DNA of 25,854 nucleotides from an uncultured Muribaculaceae bacterium (lineage in GTDB: Bacteria; Bacillota_I; Bacilli_A; RF39; UBA660). Positions 17,792 to 25,854 of this stretch are shown here, in pieces. Positions within the stretch are counted from its first letter, which is position 1. Each line of letters opens with the position of its first letter. Both the position numbers and the translations under genes were made by a program. Location: NCBI GenBank assembly GCA_964405055.1, contig CAYOMH010000001.1, positions 9,873 to 35,726 on the forward strand, read 5' to 3'. Under the pieces are notes generated by a model. The model worked only from the letters and a program-made list of their open reading frames with translations. It did not search any database and was not told the DNA's origin.

Positions 17792-18895
17792 ATGAAAATA
17801 CTAGTATACCTTTATTATCCTGTGTATGAGGATCATTTAGCTGGTGGAGTACAAGTGTGGATAAAAGATTTAATTAAATATATTGAAAAAAAACATCATG
17901 ATATAAAATTTCAAATAATATGTCCAGATGGAGATAGATTTGATTTTGCAAAAGATATTCAAATTGAACATTCTTTAGTTGATATGGAAAGAGATTTCGT
18001 GTCTCCAAAAGATATTTATGACAATTTTAATAAGATAAAAAAATTGGAAGAACAAGCAGATATAATATGGATGATTGATCGTAATTTTCCTATCCAAAGT
18101 AATAAACCCAAATTATTGTCTTTAAATACATTATGTTATGAAAGAGAATTAATGAGTATATTTCAAAGTGGATGGGATAAAATGGTTTGCTTAACAGATT
18201 ATGTAAAAAATCAAATTAAAGATTATATTGATTCTACTAGATTGTATGAAATACCATGTTATGTTAATCCTATATTTTTAAATGTAGATGATAATGAAGA
18301 AATTATAAAAAAATATTTTGACTACGATAAAACAAAAAAATATATTTTATTTCCTCATAGACCAGATTTAGATAAAGGACATTTTGAAGCAATTGACATA
18401 TTAGAAGAATTAATAAAAAAAGACAACTCTTATCGCTTATTAATTCCTAACCCTCCATTAGCTAAAGAAATTAATGTTGATAGAGAACAACATAATATTG
18501 ATATAGTAAAAGAATATGTTAGAAATAAAAATTTAAGTGATTATGTAATATTTCACAAATGGGTAAATTATAGTGATATTCCCTATTATTATAAAATTGG
18601 TGAGTTTACATTATTTTTATCAAAACTTCCAGAAACATTTGGAATTACATTATTAAATTCAGTAAGTGTTGGTATACCTGTATTGAGTTATGGATTTGGA
18701 GCATTAAATGAAGTTGTGCCAACTGGCAGATCTCATATGAACTTTAAAACGAAAGAAGAAGCAGTAAATATAATATTAAAAGGTAAAGATAGTATTGATA
18801 CTATTTCTGATATGAATTATGTAAAAGATAAATATAATTTAGAAACAATTTCTGAACAATATGTTGAATTATTTAAATCGATAAAAGGAGAATAA
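17792..18895 (+). CDS. Glycosyltransferase family 4 (GT-B, retaining)
   Basis: AGGVQ N-terminal motif, R....KG, and ETFGITLLNSVSVGIPV...FGALNEVV (ExFG-type motif). Confidence 0.85.
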   Translation: MKILVYLYYPVYEDHLAGGVQVWIKDLIKYIEKKHHDIKFQIICPDGDRFDFAKDIQIEHSLVDMERDFVSPKDIYDNFNKIKKLEEQADIIWMIDRNFPIQSNKPKLLSLNTLCYERELMSIFQSGWDKMVCLTDYVKNQIKDYIDSTRLYEIPCYVNPIFLNVDDNEEIIKKYFDYDKTKKYILFPHRPDLDKGHFEAIDILEELIKKDNSYRLLIPNPPLAKEINVDREQHNIDIVKEYVRNKNLSDYVIFHKWVNYSDIPYYYKIGEFTLFLSKLPETFGITLLNSVSVGIPVLSYGFGALNEVVPTGRSHMNFKTKEEAVNIILKGKDSIDTISDMNYVKDKYNLETISEQYVELFKSIKGE

Positions 18896-18897
18896 GT

Positions 18898-20064
18898 ATG
18901 AGTAAAGTAAGTATAGTTACAGTCACATTAAATAGGTCATCATTAAAACAAGCATGTAAAAGTGTAGATCGTCAAACATATAAAGATTATCATCATTATG
19001 TTTTAGGAGATGGAGTATTACCAACCGAATATGAAAATCCGAAAAGAAGTTCTCTAGGATTTTCTACTGCCTTAGGTGCTAAAGAACCAGGTGCAAATAT
19101 GCCTAATGGTACACCAAATCCATTATTGAGATGGGCAATTAAAAATTTAGATTTAGGTGATTATTTATGCTTCTTAGATGATGATAATATTTATAAAGAT
19201 AATTATCTTGAAGAAATGGTCAAAGTATTAGATGAAAATCCGGATGTCGGTTTAGTATTATGTGGTGCAGAAGACTTAAGGTATGAACAAAATATAGATG
19301 GCTATCCTGAATTGGGAAGATGTGATAATTCGGCATTTATGGTAAGGAGAGAAATTGCTAAATCAATTGAATTTCCTCATGCTTCCATGGATAAAAATGT
19401 CGTTCAAGATTGTGAATATATTGGTTTGTGCTGTAAGAATAACAAATGGGTTAGTCTAAACAAAAAATTATTAGTGTTTGGGTATGGATTAAACAATCCG
19501 CCTAGTAGAGGTAAAATTATGTATTTAGAATCATGGAAGATACCTCAAGAAGCATTTAAATTAGCTATTCAAAAGAATTACGAAGAGGCAGAAAAAATGT
19601 TTATTGATTCAATTAATGATTGTAATACAGATGCATGGTCAATTAGAAAACTTGCTGAGTTATATATGATTACTAATAGAAAAAGTGAAGCAATGAATTA
19701 TTATAAAATGTGGGAAAAATTATATTTAACTGAAAAAAATCATCATTTTGCAGTAGATTATTCTTATTCAATTTATTTGAAATTAATTGGTAAAGAATAT
19801 GAAGCGTTAATGAAAAAATCTATAATTGAAAGAGAAAAATGGAAAGTAGCAGAGCCAGATGCATTAGAACATTTATACTATTTGTATTTATCATATGCTT
19901 TTTTAGGAAATCAGGACAAGTGCGATGAATATGCAAATTTAATTATTAATGCTGGCAAAGATGCTGTATTATGGGCATATCAAGATGTAGCATGGAATTT
20001 TAAAGTATATCGTGATTTATTTGATATTGATTATCATGTGATGGAAGAATTTTTAGGTGTATAG
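18898..20064 (+). CDS. GT2-like glycosyltransferase fused to a helical TPR-like C-terminal domain
   Basis: VSIVTVT...SVDRQTY, FLDDDN, QDCEY. The C-terminal half has TPR-like helices (YEEAEKMF, LAELY...EAMNYY). Confidence 0.75.
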   Translation: MSKVSIVTVTLNRSSLKQACKSVDRQTYKDYHHYVLGDGVLPTEYENPKRSSLGFSTALGAKEPGANMPNGTPNPLLRWAIKNLDLGDYLCFLDDDNIYKDNYLEEMVKVLDENPDVGLVLCGAEDLRYEQNIDGYPELGRCDNSAFMVRREIAKSIEFPHASMDKNVVQDCEYIGLCCKNNKWVSLNKKLLVFGYGLNNPPSRGKIMYLESWKIPQEAFKLAIQKNYEEAEKMFIDSINDCNTDAWSIRKLAELYMITNRKSEAMNYYKMWEKLYLTEKNHHFAVDYSYSIYLKLIGKEYEALMKKSIIEREKWKVAEPDALEHLYYLYLSYAFLGNQDKCDEYANLIINAGKDAVLWAYQDVAWNFKVYRDLFDIDYHVMEEFLGV

Positions 20065-20763
20065 ATGAAAATATTTTATATTAGTCCGCATTATGATGAT
20101 GCGGTTGGCTCATGTGGAGCAAGGATGTGTAAAGATAATCTAAATAATGAAGTCAGTCTAATTACTGTTTTTTCTGAAGTTAAAAAGCCATTTTCGGATT
20201 ATGCTAATATGCTTCATGATTATTGGAAACTAACCAATCCTTTTAGTGACAGAAAAGAAGAAAATGTTAATGTGTGTAATTATTTAAATATTAGTAATAT
20301 CATGTTAGGATTTTTAGATGCAGTATATCGTACTTCAAATGATATGTATATATATCCTAATCAAGATAGTATTTTTTCAAAAGTTAGTGCATTAGATTCG
20401 GAATTAGTAGATGAAATAAAAAAGAAATTAATTAATTATATAACGAAAGATGATTTATTATATTTTCCACTGAGCGTTGGTTCCCATGTAGATCATGTTA
20501 TTGTAAGTGAAGTTGGAAAGAAATTAAAGAGCGAAAATTATCAAGTAAGATTTTATTTAGATTTCTCATATGATGGCAAGTTACCAAAAATTTGTAATTA
20601 TTTAAATGAAAAAAAACTTAAATTTGATGATAAATTTATAAATAAAAAGATAGAAGCAATGAAATTGTATAAGTCTCAAGTTTGTATGTTATACGGAGAT
20701 GAGACTAAAATAGATGAATATTATAATATTAAACTTGGAGGAGTTGAAATATATTATGAGTAG
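20065..20763 (+). CDS. PIG-L/LmbE-family N-deacetylase
   Basis: SPHYDDAVGSCG (HxDD) and GSHVDH motifs. Confidence 0.9.
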   Translation: MKIFYISPHYDDAVGSCGARMCKDNLNNEVSLITVFSEVKKPFSDYANMLHDYWKLTNPFSDRKEENVNVCNYLNISNIMLGFLDAVYRTSNDMYIYPNQDSIFSKVSALDSELVDEIKKKLINYITKDDLLYFPLSVGSHVDHVIVSEVGKKLKSENYQVRFYLDFSYDGKLPKICNYLNEKKLKFDDKFINKKIEAMKLYKSQVCMLYGDETKIDEYYNIKLGGVEIYYE

Positions 20764-21535
20764 TGAATTACCATTAATTACAGTAATTACTGTTACTAAA
20801 AACAGGCCTAATTTATTAAAACGAGCAATTGAAACAGTTAAGAATCAAACATATTCAAATATCAAGCATTTGATTATTATAGATGAATGCCCAAAAACTT
20901 TAGAAATGATGGAATTAAATTATAAAAATGATCCAAAAATAGAATATGAATACATGAAAAGGATTCCAAATGAAAAAAGCGGACCTAGCGTATTAGCAAG
21001 ATTAAGAACATATACTATTCATAAAATTGGAGAAGGTTGGTTTTCTTTTTTAGATGATGATAATGAGTTTTATCCAAATCATATTGAAGAGCTATATAAA
21101 TTTGCAATTTCTCATGATTGTAATGCTGTTCATTCATATCGTGAAGTCATTTATAAAGATGGTACTCCGTATTTAAAAGAAGAATGGCCTTGGGGGAGAA
21201 CTTATGAAAAGAAATTAGAAACATATAATTATATGAAGGAAGCAGGTGTTGTTGTTCCTGGAAGCAACATTTGGCACGATAGATTTGGTTATACAGTAGA
21301 TACTAATGTATGGCTATTAAGAGCAGAATTATTTAATAATAAAGAAATAAAAAATAAATATACTGAAGAAGACTATGATGAATGTCGCCCTGAAGATGAA
21401 AAAATGATGGAATTACTAATCAAAAATAATGTTAGGGTATTAACAAATCAAATGCCTACAGTTAAATATTATTTGGGTGGATATTCTAATGATAGTGATG
21501 ATCCAATCGAAGGAACAATCACATGGGAAAGATAA
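20756..21535 (+). CDS. GT2-like glycosyltransferase
   Basis: LITVITVTKNRP.LL.RAI.TV.NQTY, FLDDDN, DTN..L, PEDE. Start placed at ATG 20756, overlapping the upstream stop. Confidence 0.8.
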   Translation: MSSELPLITVITVTKNRPNLLKRAIETVKNQTYSNIKHLIIIDECPKTLEMMELNYKNDPKIEYEYMKRIPNEKSGPSVLARLRTYTIHKIGEGWFSFLDDDNEFYPNHIEELYKFAISHDCNAVHSYREVIYKDGTPYLKEEWPWGRTYEKKLETYNYMKEAGVVVPGSNIWHDRFGYTVDTNVWLLRAELFNNKEIKNKYTEEDYDECRPEDEKMMELLIKNNVRVLTNQMPTVKYYLGGYSNDSDDPIEGTITWER

Positions 21536-23052
21536 GAAATTTTAAAACAACAAATAAAATTTTAAATTATGTTAATGATTATCAATATATAAAAGATGAT
21601 TATGAAATGAAATTTGGAGAATCACTTAATCATCAACCATATGATTCAATTAATAATTATCCATTAAAAGAGTGCAAATATAAAGTAAGCTTAATTATTT
21701 CAACTTGGAATAGTTGTAATTCTTTAAGGATGACTTTAAAAACAATTGAAAATACATATATCTGTAATAATTTTAATAATAAATTAGAAGTAGTTATTGT
21801 AGATGATGGTTCAGATGATGAAACATATAATTTAATAGAAAATAATGATTATAATTTAAAATTAAAGTATATTAAACAAGTCCATTTGGGTAGAGCACAA
21901 GGAATAAATTTAGGAGTATTAAATTCATCAGGAGAGATGATTATATTTTTAGATGCTGATATTTTATTGTTTCCATATACAATAGACGAAATTGTTAAAA
22001 GGCAACAAGAATACTTGGATGATGTTATTTGTTTTGGATTTAGAGAAGATGTGTTTGATGTTCCTAACGAGGACAGTAAAATTATTGAATATGTTAATAA
22101 TTTTAAACCTAGTTTTTGGTTAGATAATAGATTTACTTATGATTTTCAAGGAAGTTTTGGTAGTAATATGATGTTAGAAACAAACATTATGTTAAGTTAT
22201 TCCACAAAGAAGAATATATGGGTGAGTAACAATGTCAAAGCTATATATGATTGTTGGCAAGTATATCGTATGGTTTATGGCTTTTTATTTGCAGTAAGTA
22301 AAAAAAATTTTGAATTATTTGGAGGTTTTGCAGAATTTTTAGTAGGATGGGGATGCGATGATACTTTATTTGTTTCTTTGGCTGTAGAAAATAATCTGAA
22401 ATTAATACCTATTCCATCAGCACATTGTTTACATATTTATCATGATATTAGAATGAAAAGTCAATGGGAAGATGGAAAGAAAAACGAAGAAAGAATGTAT
22501 AATTATATTTCTAAAAATAATCGTATAAATTTTTTGGATAATGACTATGAATCAAGAATAGTTTCTAGAATAAATAAACAATTAAAATTTAAACCGAAAT
22601 ATATAAAGAAAATCATTAGGAAAAATAATGATAATCTAGAAAATGCTAATTATCATTATTATTTAGGAAACCTAGAAGAAGCTTTAGAATCATATAAAAA
22701 TATAATTGATGACTTAGATATCATAAATTTAGAAAATTTATTTGATATAATTGTTAGATTAGGAGATAAAGATACATTTAATAGTATTAATAATATTAAT
22801 AATCATGAATGTTTTTATTATCATTTAGGTAATTACATATTTAATCATAAAATAGATTATAATAAAGAATCTAAAAGTATTTATTTAGAATTTTTAAATA
22901 ATATCAATTTAGATGAACTAGAAGAAAGAGCAGAGCAATATTTATATGAAGAACAATATTATCTATCTTTATTAGATTATTTTGGCATTTACATTAAAAC
23001 TCAAAAAAATAAAAGGAAAATAGATAAAATAATAAATAAATTATATCATTAG
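21523..23052 (+). CDS. Glycosyltransferase family 2 with a helical/TPR-like C-terminus
   Basis: VSLIISTWN, VIVDDGSDD, RAQGIN.G, FLDAD, FGGF.E...GWGCDD, HIYH. Confidence 0.88.
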   Translation: MGKIRNFKTTNKILNYVNDYQYIKDDYEMKFGESLNHQPYDSINNYPLKECKYKVSLIISTWNSCNSLRMTLKTIENTYICNNFNNKLEVVIVDDGSDDETYNLIENNDYNLKLKYIKQVHLGRAQGINLGVLNSSGEMIIFLDADILLFPYTIDEIVKRQQEYLDDVICFGFREDVFDVPNEDSKIIEYVNNFKPSFWLDNRFTYDFQGSFGSNMMLETNIMLSYSTKKNIWVSNNVKAIYDCWQVYRMVYGFLFAVSKKNFELFGGFAEFLVGWGCDDTLFVSLAVENNLKLIPIPSAHCLHIYHDIRMKSQWEDGKKNEERMYNYISKNNRINFLDNDYESRIVSRINKQLKFKPKYIKKIIRKNNDNLENANYHYYLGNLEEALESYKNIIDDLDIINLENLFDIIVRLGDKDTFNSINNINNHECFYYHLGNYIFNHKIDYNKESKSIYLEFLNNINLDELEERAEQYLYEEQYYLSLLDYFGIYIKTQKNKRKIDKIINKLYH

Positions 23053-23066
23053 GAGGCTTTTTGAAC

Positions 23067-23858
23067 ATGGCAAATCGAATAGATAAAGAAATGGTAACAA
23101 GAAAATTAGTACCATCTCGAACAAAAGCACAAGAATTAATTAAATCAAAATTAGTTGTTTGTAATGGAAAACTTATTGATAAAATGAATTATTTAGTATC
23201 TGCAGAAGATGAAATAATAATTACTGAAAACGATAAATTAAAGTATGTTTCCAGAGGCGGTTTAAAATTAGAACATGCAATAAAAAAATTTAATCTAGAT
23301 ATTAATGGATTAAAAATAATGGATATTGGATCAAGTACTGGTGGATTTTGTGATTGTGCGCTTCAGCATGGTGCATCATCAATAATCGCAATTGATGTTG
23401 GAACAGATTTGTTACATAAATCATTAAGAAATAATAAATTAATTGATTTACATGAAAAAACGAATTTTAAGGATTTAGATAGTAAATATTTTAATGATAT
23501 TGATCTAATAGTTTGTGATGTATCATTTATATCTTTGAAACAAATTATTGATAAGATACCATCAGAAAATATAAAAATTGATATTGTGTGTTTAATAAAA
23601 CCTCAATTTGAATGTGGAAAAGAAATTGCTACTAAATATAAGGGAATTATTCTAAATAAGGATATTCATATTGATATAATAAACTCATTAATAAACTATT
23701 TTAATGAAAACGAATTTTATATTAAAAATTTAGTATCCTCTCCAATTAGAGGTGGAGATGGAAATATTGAGTATTTAACATTTATTTCAAATAAAATAAA
23801 TCATAACGAGGAAGTAAATGTTAAAAAAATAGTTTTTGATGCTTTTAATAATTTATAA
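23067..23858 (+). CDS. tlyA: TlyA-family rRNA (cytidine-2'-O)-methyltransferase (S4 + FtsJ domains)
   Basis: RID..MV.R.L..SR.KA, YVSRGGLKL, DIGSSTGGFCD, DVSFIS, IKPQFE, SPIRGGDGN.EY. Confidence 0.93.
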   Translation: MANRIDKEMVTRKLVPSRTKAQELIKSKLVVCNGKLIDKMNYLVSAEDEIIITENDKLKYVSRGGLKLEHAIKKFNLDINGLKIMDIGSSTGGFCDCALQHGASSIIAIDVGTDLLHKSLRNNKLIDLHEKTNFKDLDSKYFNDIDLIVCDVSFISLKQIIDKIPSENIKIDIVCLIKPQFECGKEIATKYKGIILNKDIHIDIINSLINYFNENEFYIKNLVSSPIRGGDGNIEYLTFISNKINHNEEVNVKKIVFDAFNNL

Positions 23859-23932
23859 AATATTGATTTATGGCAGTTTAAAATATTTTTAAATAATGAA
23901 TTTACATATTGAGTAGATTGGTGGAATGTATT

Positions 23933-25099
23933 ATGAAAATAGCAGTTGCTGGAACAGGATATGTAGGATTATCTTTAGCAGTACTCTTATCTAGAAAAAA
24001 TGAAGTGGTAGCTTTAGATGTAATAAAAGAAAAGGTAGATATGATTAATAATAAAATATCGCCAATTAAAGATAAAGAAATAGAAGAATATTTAAGCACT
24101 AAGGAACTTAATTTAAAAGCCACTTTAGATTATAAGGAAGCTTTTGAAGGAGCAAATTATATAATTATTAGCACACCAACTAATTATGATGATAAAACTA
24201 ATTGTTTTGATACTTCTAGTGTAGAAGATATCATAAAAAAAGTTATTGATATGAATATTGATACTACAATGGTTGTTAAATCAACTGTACCTGTTGGATT
24301 TATTAAAGAAATAAAAGAAAAATATAATATAAATAATATAATGTTTTCACCAGAATTTTTAAGAGAAGGAAAAGCTTTATATGATAATTTATATCCATCA
24401 AGAATTATAATTGGTGAAAAAAGTATGAGAGCAGAAGTATTTGTTAATTTACTTAAAGATGCAGCTTTAAAAGAAGATGTTCCAGTTTTATTTATGGATA
24501 GTACTGAAGCAGAAGCTGTTAAATTATTTGCCAATACATATTTAGCTTTAAGAGTATCATATTTTAATGAATTAGATACATATGCTGAGGTAAAAGGATT
24601 AAACACTAAAGATATAATTGATGGTGTATGTTCAGACCCAAGAATAGGTAATCACTATAATAATCCATCATTTGGATATGGGGGATATTGTTTACCTAAA
24701 GATACAAAACAATTACTTGCTAATTATAATGAGGTACCACAAAATATGATTGAAGCAATTGTAAAATCAAATGATACTAGAAAAGAACATATTGCCAATG
24801 AAATATTAAAATGGAATCCAAAAATAGTAGGAGTATATCGATTAACAATGAAAAGTTGTTCTGATAATTTTAGAGCTAGTGCAATATATGATGTTATGCA
24901 AAGATTAAAAAATAATAATGTTAATATTATTATTTATGAGCCTACAATAAAAGAAAATACATATAATGGATTTGAAATTATTCATGATTTAAAACTATTC
25001 AAAGATATAAGTGAAGCTATTATTGCAAATAGGTATGATAATAAATTAGATGATATTAAAGATAAAATATATACAAGGGATATATATAACAGAGACTAA
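23933..25099 (+). CDS. ugd: UDP-glucose 6-dehydrogenase
   Basis: [53 protein letters not shown] (catalytic Cys). Confidence 0.96.
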   Translation: MKIAVAGTGYVGLSLAVLLSRKNEVVALDVIKEKVDMINNKISPIKDKEIEEYLSTKELNLKATLDYKEAFEGANYIIISTPTNYDDKTNCFDTSSVEDIIKKVIDMNIDTTMVVKSTVPVGFIKEIKEKYNINNIMFSPEFLREGKALYDNLYPSRIIIGEKSMRAEVFVNLLKDAALKEDVPVLFMDSTEAEAVKLFANTYLALRVSYFNELDTYAEVKGLNTKDIIDGVCSDPRIGNHYNNPSFGYGGYCLPKDTKQLLANYNEVPQNMIEAIVKSNDTRKEHIANEILKWNPKIVGVYRLTMKSCSDNFRASAIYDVMQRLKNNNVNIIIYEPTIKENTYNGFEIIHDLKLFKDISEAIIANRYDNKLDDIKDKIYTRDIYNRD

Positions 25100-25231
25100 T
25101 ATTTTACAATTTTTTAATTGTTAAAAATTACAATTTTTTTAAGATTTAATAAATGTTATTTAATATATGAACTATTAGTTAATTATAGAATAAAAAAGAT
25201 ACTTTTAAAATAAAAATAGGAGGCGTGTAGT

Positions 25232-25354
25232 ATTATTAAACGAATCGATCGAATCATATCAGAACAAACAAATTATAGTAGAAAAGAAATAAAAAAATTA
25301 ATTTCTAAAGGTTTAATATATGTGAATAATGAAAAAATAAAAAAACAAGAATAA
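25232..25354 (+). pseudogene. N-terminal S4-domain fragment of an RsuA/RluB-type pseudouridine synthase
   Basis: IIKRIDRIISEQTNYSRKEIKKLISKGLIYVNNEKIKKQE* follows a GGAGG RBS (25219-25223). No in-frame ATG and no catalytic domain. Confidence 0.7.
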
Positions 25355-25854
25355 GTCATAAAAGACATAATATTGTATCTGTGCCTGAAGATGATTGGAT
25401 TATTGTTCCTGATCATCATAAAGCAATCGTTAATGAAGAATTATTTAATCAAGTACAAAGTATTTTATATAATAAAAATGCTAGAATAAACTCTAGTGGA
25501 AAAATGTATAAATATTCTGGATTTTTAAAATGTGCAGATTGTAAGTCGTCAATGCATAAAAATAGTTCAGGAAAAACTAAAATGATTTCTTTTTATTGTG
25601 GTACTTATCATAAGAGAAAAACATGTAGTAAGCACTATATAAATGAGAAAGATTTAGATGAAATGATTTTAGAAATAATTAATAAATTTATTGATGTAAT
25701 TACTGATTTAGACAAAAAAATTGATAATAATATATCAATGTCTTATTTAGATTATGAAAAAGAAAATAAAGAATTTAAACTTATAGAATTAGATAAAGAA
25801 GAAAAGAAATACAGAAAATTATTAAATCAAATAAAAGTTGATTATCAAAATGAT
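25345..25854 (+). pseudogene. Internal/C-terminal fragment of a large serine recombinase (recombinase domain end, zinc ribbon, coiled-coil); runs off the window
   Basis: TRISHKRHNIVSVPEDDWIIVPDHHKAIVNEELFNQVQ...YSGFLKCADCKSSM...FYCGTY.....CSKHYI.E..L, open to the window end. The frame is closed upstream by TGA at 25330, so the catalytic N-terminal domain is missing. Confidence 0.85.

Larger units (their letters stand above)
4956..25854. mobile_element. Probable decayed ICE/IME-like genomic island carrying a glyco-modification operon; right end outside the window
   Basis: VirD4/TraG relic at the left, group II intron relic, serine recombinase relic at the right. Arg codons shift from frequent CGN in core genes to mostly AGA (by eye). 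No att sites identified. Confidence 0.65.

Noticed and set aside
600-24606. Other short minus-strand ORFs (600, 3739, 11168, 11418, 13549, 14332, 15612, 23902, 24184)
   Set aside because: All lie antisense to well-supported genes, have no motifs, and show the hydrophobic bias expected for reverse complements of AT-rich coding DNA.
8035-25099. Standard Wzy- or ABC-dependent capsule/EPS locus
   Set aside because: No flippase, polymerase, chain-length regulator, priming phosphotransferase or exporter is seen, and there are no multi-TM proteins. Not fully excluded if such genes act in trans.
1-25854. tRNA, rRNA genes, CRISPR arrays and IS transposases
   Set aside because: None recognised. There are no cloverleaf-like GC-rich segments, regularly spaced repeats or transposase motifs.

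Overview
Very AT-rich bacterial DNA read with the standard code (TGG=Trp, TGA=stop). It is probably from a reduced-genome gut Bacilli lineage (RF39/Erysipelotrichales-like; this is inference from composition and gene order only). Bases 1-4930 are core chromosome: a membrane protein, an M48/YgjP-like peptidase, a TrmH-family methyltransferase, rimM, trmD, a hypothetical gene, rplS and lepB. From about 4956 to the window end lies an apparent decayed integrative/conjugative island. Its left side holds a VirD4/TraG coupling-protein pseudogene and a degenerate ORF-less group II intron that the ORF track misses. Its right end holds a truncated RsuA-like S4 fragment joined to a 5'-truncated large serine recombinase. 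Between them is an intact, tightly coupled cargo operon of about 17 kb (8035-25099). It encodes UDP-glucuronate decarboxylase, three paralogous radical SAM enzymes, a Trm11-like amino-methyltransferase, about seven glycosyltransferase-like proteins, two unrelated deacetylases, TlyA and UDP-glucose dehydrogenase. I see no flippase, polymerase, priming transferase, ABC exporter or any membrane protein in this operon, so it does not look like an ordinary capsule/EPS locus. It is the best candidate here for an undescribed system: a cytoplasmic pathway building a modified, probably xylose-containing glycoside or glycoconjugate.
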